64,000 bases of DNA from an uncultured Bacteroidales bacterium (GTDB lineage: Bacteria; Bacteroidota; Bacteroidia; Bacteroidales; UBA3824). Positions 1-11,570 of the stretch are shown in pieces. Below the pieces are notes generated by a model. That model had not been told where the DNA came from, ran no database searches, and was given only the letters and a program-made list of their open reading frames with translations. A program made the translations under genes and the position numbers. How positions within the stretch are numbered: the stretch's first letter is position 1; each line of letters begins with the position of its first letter. The stretch is from positions 11,141 through 75,140 of the forward strand of contig CAMVLO010000009.1 of assembly GCA_947168365.1 (NCBI GenBank), in the 5' to 3' direction.

Positions 1-187
1 TGCTCAACTCAGTTTTGAGTCTTGCAATATATTTTCTACTGTCACGTATCTGAATTGGGCTCTCCAAAGGAGTGATAGCGTGATTGAGTTTCTTCTTTGA
101 ATAATCAGCAACAGCTGCTTTCAACTTCTCTTCCAATTCAGCGGTAGTCAATTCTTTTATTTCTTTATTTTGTACTGAACTTTTCAT
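1..187 (-). CDS. rpmC: 50S ribosomal protein L29 (uL29), partial; C-terminus runs off the window
   Basis: Minus-strand ATG at 185-187 overlaps the rplP stop by 1 nt. My translation [62 protein letters not shown] looks like L29. It sits in the expected position after L16 in the S10 operon. Confidence 0.85.
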   Translation of the reverse strand, partial: MKSSVQNKEIKELTTAELEEKLKAAVADYSKKKLNHAITPLESPIQIRDSRKYIARLKTELS

Positions 188-624
188 TATTCGTTAGATG
201 ATGAAGGGTTGACATAATCGCGTCTTACGACAAATTTTGTTTTAATTGGAAGTTTCTGAGCTGCCAAACGAAAAGCTTCTTTAGCGATTTCGTAAGGAAC
301 ACCGTCTGCTTCAAACATAATTCTGCCTGGTGTAACCGGAGCTACGAAGTATTCTGGTTGACCTTTACCTTTACCCATACGTACTTCAGCAGGTTTCTTT
401 GTTACTGGCTTGTCAGGGAAAATTCTAATCCAAATTTGACCTTCACGTTGCATATAACGTGAAATTGCCTGACGGGCAGCTTCTATTTGACGTCCTGTAA
501 TCCAGAAATTTTCCAATGCTTTCAAAGCGAATGAACCGAATGCGATGTCATGACCTCTTTGGGCAAGACCTCTCATGCGGCCTTTCTGCATTTTTCTGAA
601 TTTCGTTCTTTTTGGCTGTAACAT
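187..624 (-). CDS. rplP: 50S ribosomal protein L16 (uL16)
   Basis: The 145-aa ORF starts [21 protein letters not shown], the typical L16 N-terminus. Operon order fits. Confidence 0.96.
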   Translation of the reverse strand: MLQPKRTKFRKMQKGRMRGLAQRGHDIAFGSFALKALENFWITGRQIEAARQAISRYMQREGQIWIRIFPDKPVTKKPAEVRMGKGKGQPEYFVAPVTPGRIMFEADGVPYEIAKEAFRLAAQKLPIKTKFVVRRDYVNPSSSNE

Positions 625-653
625 TTTCTTTTTACAAATTTAAATGATTAGAA

Positions 654-1355
654 CTACTTCTGTCTTCTTTGCTTATTAAAATTACCTTTTTTCTGTTGCT
701 TAACGGTAACGTTATTAGAAAGATCTCTCTTTCCGTAAACTTCACCCTTGCAAATCCATACCTTAATACCAACAGCACCTACTTTTGTATTAGCAACTGC
801 CAAAGCATAATCGATGTCAGCTCTAAGAGTATGCAAAGGAATTCTACCTTCCTTGAAAGCTTCAGTACGAGCCATTTCGGCACCGTTCAAACGGCCTGAA
901 ATAACGAACTTAACGCCTTCAGCTCCCATTCTCATGGTAGAAGCTACAGCCATCTTGATAGCACGACGGTAAGCAATCTTACCTTCGATTTGACGAGCAA
1001 CGTTATTAGCAACGATTACAGCATCTAATTCCGGACGTTTGATTTCAAGAATATTAATCTGAACGTCCTTCTTTGTAATGTTTCTTAATTCTTCTTTAAT
1101 CTTGTCAACTTCTTGACCGCCCTTACCAATGATGATACCCGGACGAGCTGTATTTACTGTAACAGTAATAAGTTTAAGTGTTCTCTGAATAATAATTTTT
1201 GAGATACTAGCCTTTGCAAGACGAACATTAAGATATTTACGAATCTTATCGTCTTCAACTATTTTCTCAGAATAGTTTTTTGGATCAAACCATTCTGAAT
1301 CCCAACCTTTGATAATTCCCAATCTGTTACTGATCGGATTAGTCTTCTGTCCCAT
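654..1355 (-). CDS. rpsC: 30S ribosomal protein S3 (uS3)
   Basis: The 233-aa ORF starts [23 protein letters not shown], with KH-domain-like [10 protein letters not shown]. Operon order fits. Confidence 0.96.
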   Translation of the reverse strand: MGQKTNPISNRLGIIKGWDSEWFDPKNYSEKIVEDDKIRKYLNVRLAKASISKIIIQRTLKLITVTVNTARPGIIIGKGGQEVDKIKEELRNITKKDVQINILEIKRPELDAVIVANNVARQIEGKIAYRRAIKMAVASTMRMGAEGVKFVISGRLNGAEMARTEAFKEGRIPLHTLRADIDYALAVANTKVGAVGIKVWICKGEVYGKRDLSNNVTVKQQKKGNFNKQRRQK

Positions 1356-1780
1356 TATTTTTCTGTGTTTTCTTTATTACCTAAAACTATAGTAACATGA
1401 TTAGATCTTTTTCTTACTCTGTAAGCTCTGCCTTGAGGAGCCGGACGAAGTCTTTTCAACATTCTGGCGCCGTCTACGCGAACTTCTTTTACGATAAGAT
1501 CTGCATCTTCAATCTGAGCGCCTTCATTTTTGCTTGTCCAGTTTGCAATAGCAGACTGCAAAAGTTTTCTCAACTTAATAGCTGCTTCTTGTGGAGAAAA
1601 TTGCAAAATATCCAAAGCTTTTGTAACATTCTGATTTCTAATCAAGCCAGCTACAAGACGCATTTTTCTGGGAGAAGTAGGGTTATTTCTCAAAACTGCA
1701 AACGCAACATCTTTCTTTTGCGCTTTCAATTTTGCTGCTCTTTCTTTTTTCTTGGTTCTATGCTTTGTTTCTTCAGCCAT
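1355..1780 (-). CDS. rplV: 50S ribosomal protein L22 (uL22)
   Basis: The 141-aa ORF has the basic N-terminal extension seen in Bacteroidota L22 and ends [16 protein letters not shown]. Its stop overlaps the rpsC start. Confidence 0.94.
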   Translation of the reverse strand: MAEETKHRTKKKERAAKLKAQKKDVAFAVLRNNPTSPRKMRLVAGLIRNQNVTKALDILQFSPQEAAIKLRKLLQSAIANWTSKNEGAQIEDADLIVKEVRVDGARMLKRLRPAPQGRAYRVRKRSNHVTIVLGNKENTEK

Positions 1781-1810
1781 TTTGTGTATTAAATTTTAAA
1801 TGGTCTATAA

Positions 1811-2077
1811 TTATTTCTTATTACCGCCGTGACCTTTGAAGATACGGGTCGGTGCGAATTCACCTAATTTGTGTCCTACCATATTCTCTGTAACGTAAAC
1901 AGGAATAAATTTGTTTCCGTTATGAAGAGCAATTGTATGACCTACAAAGTCAGGAGAAATTACTGAGGCTCTTGCCCATGATTTGATAACTGATTTCTTG
2001 CCAGATTCGTTCATAGCAAGAACTTTTTTCTCAAGTTTGTAATCGATGAAAGGGCCTTTTTTAATTGAACGACTCAT
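1811..2077 (-). CDS. rpsS: 30S ribosomal protein S19 (uS19)
   Basis: The 88-aa ORF starts [15 protein letters not shown] and contains [33 protein letters not shown]. Confidence 0.96.
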   Translation of the reverse strand: MSRSIKKGPFIDYKLEKKVLAMNESGKKSVIKSWARASVISPDFVGHTIALHNGNKFIPVYVTENMVGHKLGEFAPTRIFKGHGGNKK

Positions 2078-2098
2078 AATTTACTAAATATGCATTAA

Positions 2099-2923
2099 TT
2101 ATTTGTTTCTTCTTTCTATGATAAACTTGTTTGAAAGTTTCTTAGGTCTACGTGTCTTGTAGCCCTTAGCAAGCAAGCCTTTGCGTGATCTTGGGTGACC
2201 TCCTGAAGCGCGTCCTTCACCACCACCCATTGGGTGATCTACTGGGTTCATAACAACACCTCTGTTGTGTGGTCTTCTACCCATCCAACGTGATCTACCT
2301 GCCTTTCCGCTTTTCTCAAGTTCATGGTCGCCGTTAGAAACACTTCCGATTGTAGCTTTACAAGTTACAAGGATCATTCTTGTTTCACCAGAAGGAAGTT
2401 TTACAACTGCATATTTACCATCTCTTGCAGTAAGCTGAGCATAAGAACCTGCACTTCTTGCCATCTTAGCACCTTCACCTGGGCGCAATTCGATGTTGTG
2501 AATAATTGTTCCCAATGGAATATCTGACAAGAACAATGCATTTCCAATTTCTGGAGCCGCACCTTTACCTGATTCAATCTTCTGACCTACTTGAATACCG
2601 TTAGGAGCAACGATATATCTCTTTTCACCGTCAGCGTAATAAACCAAAGCGATTCTTGCTGTGCGGTTCGGGTCATATTCAACTGTTTTTACTGTACCGG
2701 GAACACCGTCTTTATCACGCCAGAAATCTACGCATCTGTATTTCTGTTTGTGACCGCCACCGATGTAGCGAACAGTCATTTTACCGGTATTGTTACGTCC
2801 ACCTGTTTTAGCACGACCGTAGGTAAGTGATTTTTCAGGTTTGGAAGCTGTGATCTCTTCAAAAGTACTTAATACTTTTCCTCTTTGTCCCGGAGTAGTC
2901 GGTTTAAATATTCTTACTGCCAT
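2099..2923 (-). CDS. rplB: 50S ribosomal protein L2 (uL2)
   Basis: The 274-aa ORF starts [15 protein letters not shown] and contains [13 protein letters not shown]. Confidence 0.97.
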   Translation of the reverse strand: MAVRIFKPTTPGQRGKVLSTFEEITASKPEKSLTYGRAKTGGRNNTGKMTVRYIGGGHKQKYRCVDFWRDKDGVPGTVKTVEYDPNRTARIALVYYADGEKRYIVAPNGIQVGQKIESGKGAAPEIGNALFLSDIPLGTIIHNIELRPGEGAKMARSAGSYAQLTARDGKYAVVKLPSGETRMILVTCKATIGSVSNGDHELEKSGKAGRSRWMGRRPHNRGVVMNPVDHPMGGGEGRASGGHPRSRKGLLAKGYKTRRPKKLSNKFIIERRNK

Positions 2924-2928
2924 TTTGG

Positions 2929-3321
2929 TTAGATATTGCTATAAAAATCAATATTATCACCCTCTTTCAAAGTGACAATAGCTTTTTTGTAAGTTTTAGT
3001 TTTGCCAACAATATAGCCGGCTTTTGTCATGCGGGCTTTTGTTTTGCCAGCATATTTCATAGTATTAACTGCCACTACAGTAACACCATACGCTTCTTCT
3101 ACCGCTTGTTTGATCTGAATCTTGTTAGCGTTAGGATTAACGATGAATGCAAATTGCGCAATATTTCTGGTGCTTCTGGTATCAGTAGCGATTGTTCTGT
3201 GCTCGCCTTTTTTGCGAGTTCCTTTTTCGCGTTTGATATAAGTTTTCTTACCAGTTCTTACTGTACGTGAAGCAAGCGCAGTAAATTTCTCTGTTACAAT
3301 AGGTTTTTCAATGATTTCCAT
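2929..3321 (-). CDS. rplW: 50S ribosomal protein L23 (uL23) carrying a basic internal insertion of about 35 aa
   Basis: The 130-aa ORF has L23-like ends, [16 protein letters not shown] and [20 protein letters not shown]. They are interrupted by the K/R-rich stretch [39 protein letters not shown]. Operon position is correct. Confidence 0.9.
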   Translation of the reverse strand: MEIIEKPIVTEKFTALASRTVRTGKKTYIKREKGTRKKGEHRTIATDTRSTRNIAQFAFIVNPNANKIQIKQAVEEAYGVTVVAVNTMKYAGKTKARMTKAGYIVGKTKTYKKAIVTLKEGDNIDFYSNI

Positions 3322-3332
3322 TATATTTTCCC

Positions 3333-3965
3333 TTATTTATTTTCGAAAATCTTGTTCAAAGCCTCAACTGCACTTTCTGTGAATACCAATGACTGAGCAT
3401 CAAGTACATCGTAAGTAGTTAACTTATTGGCAGTTGTAATTTTGGATTTCTCCAAATTTCTTGACGACAAATATACGTTTTTATTTTCGTTTGACAAAAC
3501 CAATAACGATTTTTTATCGTTAATTTTAAGATTTGTTTTCAATGCAACAAAATTCTTGGTTTTTGGAGTGTCAAATGTAAAGTCTTCTACAACGATGATT
3601 TGTGCATCCTTTGCTTTATAGGTCAAAGCTGACTTTCTTGCCAATACTTTGACTTTCTTGTTCAATTTGAAACTGTAATCACGTGGTTTCGGTCCGAATA
3701 CTCTTGCACCGCCTACCAACAAAGGAGAATTAACATCACCCTGACGTGCACCACCTGTACCTTTCTGTTTTTTCAACTTGCGGGTAGAGCCTGACATTTC
3801 GCTTCTTTCTTTGGCTTTGGCAGTACCTTGTCTCTGAGCTGCTAAATAACGTTTAACATCAAGATACATTGCGTGATCATTGGTGTCAACTGCGAAAATG
3901 CTATCTGACAAAGTGATTTTCTTGCCAGTTTCAGTTCCGTTTATGTTTAATACTGATATTTCCAT
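3333..3965 (-). CDS. rplD: 50S ribosomal protein L4 (uL4)
   Basis: The 210-aa ORF contains [32 protein letters not shown]. It lies between rplC and rplW. Confidence 0.95.
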   Translation of the reverse strand: MEISVLNINGTETGKKITLSDSIFAVDTNDHAMYLDVKRYLAAQRQGTAKAKERSEMSGSTRKLKKQKGTGGARQGDVNSPLLVGGARVFGPKPRDYSFKLNKKVKVLARKSALTYKAKDAQIIVVEDFTFDTPKTKNFVALKTNLKINDKKSLLVLSNENKNVYLSSRNLEKSKITTANKLTTYDVLDAQSLVFTESAVEALNKIFENK

Positions 3966-4582
3966 TAGTCTTCGATAATTAAATATGAACCTTTAGGGCC
4001 TGGTACAGCACCTTTTACTAATACTAAGTTGTGTTCAGCGATAATTTTTACGATTTCCAAGTTGCGAACTTTAATTTTGTCGCCACCTGTACGACCTGCC
4101 ATACGCATACCCTTGAACACTTTTGACGGGTATGAAGATGCACCCAAAGATCCCGGTGCTCTCAATCTGTTGTGCTGACCGTGTGATGTTCCGCCGACAC
4201 CATTAAAATGATAACGTTTTACCGGACCTTGGTAACCTTTACCTTTGGAAATACCACTAATGTCTACAAAATGTACATCGTTCAAAGATTCTACAGTTAC
4301 AACGTCACCTAATTTTACGTCTACGTTGATGTTTTTGAACTCGTGAACTTTTGTTTTTGGTGTAGTATTGGCTTTTTTGAAGTGTCCCATTTCGGCTTTT
4401 GATGTATTCTTTTCTTTCTTGTCATCAAAAGCAAGCTGGATAGCATTGTATCCGTCTGTTTCTTCAGTCTTAACCTGAGTAACTACACATGGACCTGCTT
4501 CAATTACTGTAACTGGTACATTAACACCGTTTTCATTGAATACAGAGGTCATGCCTACTTTTTTTCCTATTATTCCTGACAT
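3965..4582 (-). CDS. rplC: 50S ribosomal protein L3 (uL3)
   Basis: The 205-aa ORF starts [15 protein letters not shown] and contains [13 protein letters not shown]. Confidence 0.96.
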   Translation of the reverse strand: MSGIIGKKVGMTSVFNENGVNVPVTVIEAGPCVVTQVKTEETDGYNAIQLAFDDKKEKNTSKAEMGHFKKANTTPKTKVHEFKNINVDVKLGDVVTVESLNDVHFVDISGISKGKGYQGPVKRYHFNGVGGTSHGQHNRLRAPGSLGASSYPSKVFKGMRMAGRTGGDKIKVRNLEIVKIIAEHNLVLVKGAVPGPKGSYLIIED

Positions 4583-4675
4583 TTTAATAGAATTTGTTTT
4601 TGTTTACTTAACGGGCTCGGCCGAAAGAGGTAAACTGTTTAAAAAAATTAATTTCTTTTGTTGATTTTCAAATTA

Positions 4676-4981
4676 TCAAACCTTAATTTCTACTGCTACA
4701 CCGCTTGGCAATTCAAGCTTCATCAAGGCGTCAACTGTCTTTGAGGTTGAGCTGTAGATGTCAATCAATCTCTTGAATGATGATAATTGAAACTGCTCTC
4801 TTGATTTTTTGTTAACAAAAGTAGATCTGTTAACTGTGAAGATTCTCTTGTGTGTTGGCAATGGAATAGGACCGCTGACAACAGCACCTGTAGCCTTTAC
4901 AGTTTTAACGATCTTTTCAGCAGAATTATCAACCAAGTTATGATCGTAAGATTTTAATTTGATACGAATCTTTTGACTCAT
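4676..4981 (-). CDS. rpsJ: 30S ribosomal protein S10 (uS10)
   Basis: The 101-aa ORF starts [25 protein letters not shown] and contains GPIPLPT. Confidence 0.96.
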   Translation of the reverse strand: MSQKIRIKLKSYDHNLVDNSAEKIVKTVKATGAVVSGPIPLPTHKRIFTVNRSTFVNKKSREQFQLSSFKRLIDIYSSTSKTVDALMKLELPSGVAVEIKV

Positions 4982-4998
4982 GATACCGTTTTAATTAT

Positions 4999-7119
4999 TT
5001 ATAATTGGTCAATAAATGTAATTTTACCTTTTATCTGGTCGATGATACCCTGCGAGATTTGAGGAGGTACCGGTTGGTATTCCTTAAATTGCAGCGACGA
5101 AAGTGCACGGCCTGATGTTAAAGTGCGCAAAACAGTAACATATCCGAATGTCTCCGCCAACGGAACCACCGCCTTGATAATCTTTACTTTGGCTTTTGAA
5201 TCAGTGCTTATAACATTACCCCTGCGTTTGTTAATGTCGGAAATTACGTCACCCATATACTCGTCAGGTGTATCTACTGTAAGTTCCATCACAGGTTCCA
5301 ATAATATAGCTTTTGCATTCTCTGTTGCAGCTCTAAAAGCCTGTTTTGCTGCAATTTCAAACGACAAAGCGTCTGAATCTACGCTATGAAAACTACCGTC
5401 GACAAGTTCAACGGTGAGACTTTGCATCTTGAAACCGCCCAAAGGTCCGTTGTTCATGGCTTCTTGGAAACCCTTCTCAACAGCTTGAATGAATTCTTTC
5501 GGAATCACTCCGCCTTTGATGCTATTGATAAACGTAAGTCCGGTAGCTCCTTCTTCCGACGGCGATACTTTAACAACGATATCGGCAAACTTGCCTTTAC
5601 CACCAGTCTGTCTCTTAAAGACTTCGTGATGTTCCACTGTTTTGGTAATCACCTCTTTGTAAGTTACCTGAGGCTTTCCTTGCGATACCTCTATCTTATA
5701 TTCCCTCTTAAGACGGTCTATAAGAATTTCGAGGTGAAGCTCTCCCATACCCCTCATGATTGTCTGACCTGTTTCAGAGTCTGTTTCAACTTTGAAAGTC
5801 GGGTCTTCCTCACTAAGTTTTGCGAGCGCAACATCAAGTTTTTCAAGGTCGGCTTGAGTTTTAGGCTCAATTGCCACGCCAATAACAGGATCCGGAAAAT
5901 CAATACTTTCAAATATTATCGGATGCTTCTGGTCGGTCAAAGAATCTCCGGTTCGGATATCCTTGAATCCGGCAGCTCCACAAATATCACCGGCCTCAAC
6001 AAAGTCGATAGCCTGCTCCTTGTTGGAATGCATACGGTAAAGATTTGTAATTCTCTCTTTTCTGCCTGTACGTACATTGAATACTTGTTCGCCGGCTTTG
6101 AGTGTACCTGAATATACTCTGATGTATACCAATTTACCCACAAACGGGTCAACGGCAATCTTGAAAGCCAAAGCAGCAAAAGGCTCCTTATTATCCGGCT
6201 TTCTAACCAATACTTCATCAGGATTTTCAGGGTCAGCACCCTTCACCTCGCCCATATCCAAAGGACTTGGCAAATAAGCGACAATGGCATCCAAAAGTTT
6301 CTGTACCCCCTTGTTTCTAAGCGACGAGCCACAAAGAACAGGTACCGCTTTTTCAGACACCGTTGCTTTACGAAGAACAGCCTTAATATCCTCTTCAGAT
6401 ATCTTGCTACTGTCCTCAAGATACTTCTCCAGGAAAGCGTCATCGCCCAAATCAGCACACTTTTCAAGCATCTTGTCATGCCACTCCTGAGCTTGGTCAG
6501 CCAAATCAGCAGGAATTTCCTTCTTAACGAAAGTCATACCCTGATCATCAGAATCCCAAACATAGGCTGACATCTCAATAAGGTCGATAATACCGACAAA
6601 CTTGTCCTCCGAGCCGATAGGAATCTGAACCGGAATCGGGTTAGCACCCAATTTATCTTCAATTTCCTGAACTACAGAGAAAAAATCGGCACCTATTCTG
6701 TCCATCTTGTTGACAAAAGCAACACGAGGAACATTATAATGATCGGCCTGATGCCAAACAGTTTCCGATTGAGGCTCCACCCCTCCTACAGCACAGAATA
6801 CTGCAACAGCACCATCAAGCACCCTAAGACTACGCTCTACCTCAACAGTGAAATCCACATGTCCCGGAGTATCGATAATATTAACAGTGTGTTTGATGTT
6901 ATTGTAATTCCAATACGCTGTGATAGCGGCAGAAGTGATGGTTATACCTCTCTCCTTCTCTTGCGACATCCAATCCATTGTAGCGGCTCCGTCATGAACC
7001 TCGCCCATCTTATGAGTGACACCTGTATAATAAAGAATACGCTCAGTTGTTGTGGTTTTACCCGCATCAATATGAGCCATAATACCGATGTTTCTCGTAT
7101 ACTGAAGTTCGTTATTCAT
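4999..7119 (-). CDS. fusA: Elongation factor G
   Basis: The 706-aa ORF has G1 [19 protein letters not shown], then DTPGHVDF and NKMD. Confidence 0.97.
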   Translation of the reverse strand: MNNELQYTRNIGIMAHIDAGKTTTTERILYYTGVTHKMGEVHDGAATMDWMSQEKERGITITSAAITAYWNYNNIKHTVNIIDTPGHVDFTVEVERSLRVLDGAVAVFCAVGGVEPQSETVWHQADHYNVPRVAFVNKMDRIGADFFSVVQEIEDKLGANPIPVQIPIGSEDKFVGIIDLIEMSAYVWDSDDQGMTFVKKEIPADLADQAQEWHDKMLEKCADLGDDAFLEKYLEDSSKISEEDIKAVLRKATVSEKAVPVLCGSSLRNKGVQKLLDAIVAYLPSPLDMGEVKGADPENPDEVLVRKPDNKEPFAALAFKIAVDPFVGKLVYIRVYSGTLKAGEQVFNVRTGRKERITNLYRMHSNKEQAIDFVEAGDICGAAGFKDIRTGDSLTDQKHPIIFESIDFPDPVIGVAIEPKTQADLEKLDVALAKLSEEDPTFKVETDSETGQTIMRGMGELHLEILIDRLKREYKIEVSQGKPQVTYKEVITKTVEHHEVFKRQTGGKGKFADIVVKVSPSEEGATGLTFINSIKGGVIPKEFIQAVEKGFQEAMNNGPLGGFKMQSLTVELVDGSFHSVDSDALSFEIAAKQAFRAATENAKAILLEPVMELTVDTPDEYMGDVISDINKRRGNVISTDSKAKVKIIKAVVPLAETFGYVTVLRTLTSGRALSSLQFKEYQPVPPQISQGIIDQIKGKITFIDQL

Positions 7120-7173
7120 TTTCTTTAAATTTGCCAGCTAAATAGATTAATTGTTTAAAAATTAAAAAATGTC

Positions 7174-7650
7174 TTAGAATCTGAAGAATGCGAAAGCTTT
7201 GTTAGCTTCTGCCATTCTGTGAGTATCTTCTTTCTTCTTGAAAGCTGCACCTTCTTCATTGTATGCTGCAATGATTTCGTTTGCAAGCTTTTCAGCCATA
7301 GAGTGACCAGAGCGAAGACGAGCGTATTTAATCAAGTTCTTAACGCCGATAGATTCTTTTCTGTCTGCACGGATTTCGGTAGGTACTTGGAATGTAGCAC
7401 CACCTACACGGCGAGACTTAACTTCAACGTCTGGAGTAATGTTTTCCATAGCTTTCTTCCATACTTCGGTAGGAGTTTTGCCGGTTTCTTTTGTTTTTTC
7501 ACCAACGAGTTCCATTGCCTTGTAGAAAATTTTGAAAGCTACACTCTTCTTTCCATCCAACATCATGTCATTGACAAAACGAGTTACGAGCACGTCGCCG
7601 TAAACCGGATCTGGAAGAATCACTCTTTTCTTTGGTTTTGATTTTCTCAT
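7174..7650 (-). CDS. rpsG: 30S ribosomal protein S7 (uS7)
   Basis: The 158-aa ORF starts [19 protein letters not shown] and ends [15 protein letters not shown]. Confidence 0.96.
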   Translation of the reverse strand: MRKSKPKKRVILPDPVYGDVLVTRFVNDMMLDGKKSVAFKIFYKAMELVGEKTKETGKTPTEVWKKAMENITPDVEVKSRRVGGATFQVPTEIRADRKESIGVKNLIKYARLRSGHSMAEKLANEIIAAYNEEGAAFKKKEDTHRMAEANKAFAFFRF

Positions 7651-7679
7651 TTGTTTTTTTAACTAATCAATTAAATGAT

Positions 7680-8057
7680 TTACTTTTTCTTAGGTTTCTT
7701 AGCACCGTATTTAGATCTCTGCTGTCCACGATTTGCAACACCTGCTGTATCCAATGTACCGCGGATGATGTGATAACGTACACCAGGGAGGTCTTTAACA
7801 CGACCGCCACGTACCATTACAATTGAGTGTTCCTGCAAGTTGTGTCCTTCTCCCGGGATGTAAGCATTTACTTCCTTAGAGTTAGAAAGCTTTACTCTGG
7901 CAACTTTGCGCATTGCAGAGTTAGGTTTCTTAGGAGTTGTTGTGTATACACGTACACATACACCTCTCTTCTGTGGACAAGAATCTAATGCTGGAGACTT
8001 ACTTTTTACAGTAATGGTCTTTCTACCTTTTCTTACTAACTGTTGAATTGTAGGCAT
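7680..8057 (-). CDS. rpsL: 30S ribosomal protein S12 (uS12)
   Basis: The 125-aa ORF starts [13 protein letters not shown] and contains [15 protein letters not shown] and [14 protein letters not shown]. Confidence 0.97.
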   Translation of the reverse strand: MPTIQQLVRKGRKTITVKSKSPALDSCPQKRGVCVRVYTTTPKKPNSAMRKVARVKLSNSKEVNAYIPGEGHNLQEHSIVMVRGGRVKDLPGVRYHIIRGTLDTAGVANRGQQRSKYGAKKPKKK

Positions 8058-8092
8058 TTCTCTTATCTTTGAAATTAATACATTTTGAGACG

Positions 8093-8100
8093 CAAAGTTA
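8093..8100 (-). promoter_or_regulatory. Candidate Bacteroides-type -7 box (TAACTTTG) for the rpsL operon
   Basis: The minus strand reads TAACTTTG, matching the TAnnTTTG consensus, about 36 nt upstream of the rpsL ATG. A TTG lies 19 nt further upstream. Confidence 0.4.
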
Positions 8101-8492
8101 ATGTTTTTTCATGGATTATCAATAAGTTTTGTGAAAAAATTTTAGTCAAATCCTAAAATTTTTCTTTATTATCGTTGTAATTTATTGATAATCTGATTGG
8201 TAAACCCATATATTAATTTTCCGTTAAATCGCTTTTTATAAAAAATTTACTTAAAACTATTTTCGGAAAATATTGTGTATCAATACCAAAGGTTTTTACC
8301 CTCTGAAATAGTATACTAACCGTTACTTATTTTTTTCAATTTTTTTTTGACTGAAAATATCAAATTTTTCCGCAAATATCGTAATTGTTGTATCAACTAT
8401 ATCGCAATTTCTTTTTCAATCAAAATAATATTGTAACCGTAATTATATAACAAAATTTCAACTCTCAATATTACGACGCCTTATTTATAACC

Positions 8493-8526
8493 AATGCCGG
8501 CTAAGGGAAAATACCCAACCGGCATT
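8493..8526 (-). terminator. Candidate terminator hairpin downstream of the 346-aa secreted protein gene
   Basis: AATGCCGG at 8493-8500 pairs with CCGGCATT at 8519-8526, with an 18-nt loop. The trailing T-tract is weak. Confidence 0.3.
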
Positions 8527-8625
8527 ACAACTAAAAAAACTATGATAATTTATAAACAGACTATATGAGTGTTGAAATTTCGCACTTTATATTAATTGCT
8601 CTTTCAATAAAGATGTAAAAGCGGT

Positions 8626-9666
8626 CTACAAACCTCCTACTCGTACCTTTTGCTGACCTGTGGTTTCCATCTTTACGAAAGGATTGCTTTTCATAAGAAC
8701 ATGAGCCACGTCCTGATTTTTGCATTGAAGAGCATAGTTAACAGCGCAAGAATAGAAATCCATACGACGTTGTTCAAAGCCCAAACTCTTCATACGCTCG
8801 TTGGCGAAAGCTGTTTTGTATGCAACACCCGGATTGTTGTTAAGTATCGCATAATATCTCAAACGTGCATAAGCATTTCCGGCTTCAGCTGCGATTTTCA
8901 ATGTATCAGCTTCGTTCATATCTACATATTTTGACTTTGCTGTATTCCATTCGTTTTTCACAAACGAATAATCAAAGGCTTTTGATTTGAGAAGCTTTTC
9001 ACACTCAGAATCTACAAGCAAAGGATTAAACGGCTCACCGTGTTCAATCAAAATCTTAGTTAAAGGTGCACCTTTCTTTACTAATTCTTCATCAATCAAA
9101 GCACCGGCTGTCATATTTACCGACACAGCTCTGATAATCGAATAGTAGAGTCTTGACACCGCAAAATCATCAGCATCTTTCTTGATACCTTCGGCAAAAG
9201 TCAAGAGCTGCTCTTTGTAATCGGCAAATCTTGCAGCCGACAATGCTACGTAAACAACATCGCTGTACTGACTGTAATCAGAAGAGATGTTGGCACGAAT
9301 ATCAAGTACCTGCGGAATCGAGTTGTACTTAGAATCAATAGAACCCGAAACCGAAGAAAATTTAGGCATTCTGTTCAAAAACAACTGATTATTATAAACA
9401 GTAGTCTGAACCACTACACCCATTTTGTTACCGCAAAGACCACGGTTCTCTGCCTGAAAATCCGAAGCTACTTCCACACACATCGATTTAGAAGTTTGGG
9501 CACTGTCAAGAAGATAACTAAGAACATCGATGAGATTATCTGCATCGTCAACAACTGTCAAATAAGTTAAATTGTGCCATTTTTGACCCGGGATTGCATC
9601 TACTACCTGACCCCAAGTACTAATAGTTACGAACATCGCAACTAATAAAGAGAAATATCTTTTCAT
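8626..9666 (-). CDS. Hypothetical secreted protein (signal peptide; no recognisable family)
   Basis: The 346-aa ORF has the N-terminus MKRYFSLLVAMFVTISTWGQ, which looks like a Sec signal. I recognised no motif. Confidence 0.6.
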   Translation of the reverse strand: MKRYFSLLVAMFVTISTWGQVVDAIPGQKWHNLTYLTVVDDADNLIDVLSYLLDSAQTSKSMCVEVASDFQAENRGLCGNKMGVVVQTTVYNNQLFLNRMPKFSSVSGSIDSKYNSIPQVLDIRANISSDYSQYSDVVYVALSAARFADYKEQLLTFAEGIKKDADDFAVSRLYYSIIRAVSVNMTAGALIDEELVKKGAPLTKILIEHGEPFNPLLVDSECEKLLKSKAFDYSFVKNEWNTAKSKYVDMNEADTLKIAAEAGNAYARLRYYAILNNNPGVAYKTAFANERMKSLGFEQRRMDFYSCAVNYALQCKNQDVAHVLMKSNPFVKMETTGQQKVRVGGL

Positions 9667-10262
9667 TTTAATTGTTATAATAAGTGTTTTATTTCAGCCG
9701 TAAAGATAAAAAAGAATGGGGAACGAAAAACATATTAATATCAGAATTCACTATTCTTTAATACCAAAGCGACCTAAAATTATCAATAATTTAAACAATG
9801 CCTCAGACTGCGTACATTTTGACAACGCAACCCGTCACGTTATCCCACATCAATACGCCTTTCACCAAGGTGATTTAATATGTAACAAAGATTCAGCACC
9901 GTAATTACCATGGAATTTATGATGATAACACCGGTTAAAAATAAAAATTCCCTTGGGAAAAACAAAAATTACATCAAGTCACGGCTGCAATTACCCTGGG
10001 AATTATGACCGCGACCCCAAGTAAAATGTAATTTTCCAACGTCATTCTTAATGATGAACCTTTATAAAAATTACTATCTTATACGAAAAACTTCAAAGAA
10101 AGTCACGACAAAATTTATAATTTAATCTTTTTTAACATATCACGTCTACAGATACTTCTAAGTACATTTTTTGAGCAAAAATCTACTATTATAACCATAA
10201 AAACATAGGTATTTTGTATACAAATAACATAGTTGAATTTGCATAATTGAATTATTTTTTTG

Positions 10263-10270
10263 TATATTTG
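10263..10270 (+). promoter_or_regulatory. Candidate -7 box (TATATTTG) upstream of the 235-aa ORF
   Basis: TAnnTTTG match about 100 nt upstream of the ATG at 10369. Confidence 0.3.
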
Positions 10271-10368
10271 TAGTGAATTTGATATTTATAATATAAATAA
10301 ATATCGGAAAGAATACAGAGCAAATGCTCTATTAAATTATTTTTACAACAATATTAAATTACAGAATT

Positions 10369-11076
10369 ATGAGAACAATAATCTTTAAAAGTCTTGTGAG
10401 ACTGAGGAGCAAAGAAATCATTTTCTTCATCTCACAAGCCGGAGAAGCAACGAAATTGCTTACCGAAGACGTAAATGCTGACAAGGTCAGCAAAATATTA
10501 AAAGCAAGTCAGGATTATATCTTGGCTATGAAAAAGCGTATGCCTAATGGTATTACCGACGAACTCAACGCATTGAAGCGAAAGTGTCTAAGTAATTATT
10601 ACTGGATAAAAACTTTTGTGAGATATGCGCAGGAGATGGAGTATAATAACTATAAGGCAGAATTAGAAGCCGTACAAAAGGCTTTGGCAAAACATGTTAT
10701 TCACAAGGCGGACAATAATTTTATTAAGATGGCAAAAATGGACATCTTGATAAAGGACTTGCTGTCGCTAAATCCGGAATATCTGGTAAGACTGAATATC
10801 TACAAACTTGTAAAAAAGGTTTCGGTACACTTATCACGATATGAGGTGTTGTATAATGAGCGTGCCGAGTGCTGCGAAACTTTGAAAGGGCAAAAACTCA
10901 AAACACGTAATATTGTACGCAAGGCATGGTACGAATTTGTAGAATATGTCAACGCCGTAAATATTGTTACTGAAGGCAAGGAAGATGATTTTATCAGAGT
11001 TGTCAACGGTCTTTACGACAAGGCATTGAATTTAAGACACAACACTCAAGAAAGAAAGATTACTTCATTTTTTTAA
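10369..11076 (+). CDS. Hypothetical all-helical protein resembling the Bacteroidota DUF6261 family
   Basis: The 235-aa ORF has no signal peptide. Its layout (L.RLRS.E..FF near the N-terminus; YNERAE...VRKAWYEFVEYVNAVNIV near the C-terminus) resembles what I remember of DUF6261 proteins. This was not verified by a search. Confidence 0.5.
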   Translation: MRTIIFKSLVRLRSKEIIFFISQAGEATKLLTEDVNADKVSKILKASQDYILAMKKRMPNGITDELNALKRKCLSNYYWIKTFVRYAQEMEYNNYKAELEAVQKALAKHVIHKADNNFIKMAKMDILIKDLLSLNPEYLVRLNIYKLVKKVSVHLSRYEVLYNERAECCETLKGQKLKTRNIVRKAWYEFVEYVNAVNIVTEGKEDDFIRVVNGLYDKALNLRHNTQERKITSFF

Positions 11077-11101
11077 TTAAAAGATTAATAAACTATGGCT
11101 C

Positions 11102-11569
11102 AGGGGGCTGTGATGCGCTAATTTTTTGCAGCCCTCCTTTTTTCTTGAACAGTGTTTTGTATTTTGCCAATGAGAATAACAATTTAAGAAAGATTTTTTT
11201 TCATTAATGATTGCATTTAATTGTTTATTAAAACACGATTAATTGTATGTGAGGGCTGAACTCGCGATAAATAAAAAATCAGCCCTCTTTTTCTTGGTAA
11301 CTAAAAGTGTTACCGGGAAATGCAACTTGTAGGATTTTTTTCCATTTTAACAAGATAAAATTTAGTAGACTATTTATTTAGAGGGCTGCGATATTACGAT
11401 ATATTTTTTATATAAACAGCTCCCTTTTACTTAGACAACAAATTGTATTTGCCACAGATAATGACAATACATACAAGATATTTCATTTCATTAGCATAAA
11501 AAATTTTAAATTGTTTTACTTTAAGAGGGCTGGACTCGCGATTAAAATTAATAAACAGTCCTCTTTTTT
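11102..11569 (+). repeat. Array of four terminator-like hairpin units (GAGGGCTG-loop-CAGCCCTC-T run) spaced about 130-150 bp
   Basis: The stems are at 11102-11110/11129-11137, 11251-11259/11279-11287, 11381-11388/11417-11424 and 11525-11532/11556-11563. Each is followed by T4-6 then CTT. Units 2 and 4 share the loop start ACTCGCGAT. The sequence after units 1, 3 and 4 (TTGTATTT(T)GCCA/GTCAC) is homologous to the last codons of the minus-strand CDS ending at 11571. Confidence 0.7.
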
Positions 11570-11570
11570 C

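Noticed and set aside
4982-4998. Absence of tuf between fusA and rpsJ
   Set aside because: The direct fusA-rpsJ junction is the usual Bacteroidota arrangement, with tuf located elsewhere.
5386-6111. 241-aa plus-strand ORF, with several others at 5123-7128, antisense to fusA
   Set aside because: It lies entirely inside the strongly supported EF-G gene. Its composition is low-complexity and rich in Phe, Leu, Ser and Asn, typical of antisense frames. No start context or motif supports it.
9716-9904. 62-aa ORF in the 9.7-10.4 kb spacer
   Set aside because: It has no ribosome-binding or promoter context, and its composition is unremarkable for random AT-rich sequence. The evidence is insufficient.
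11160-11520. Short ORFs (6-19 codons) between the hairpin units on either strand
   Set aside because: The peptides are not similar to each other (MIAFNCLLKHD, MQLVGFFSILTR, MTIHTRYFISLA; MKKNLS, MEKNPTSCISR, MKYLVCIVIICGKYNLLSK), so a conserved peptide-gene array is not supported.
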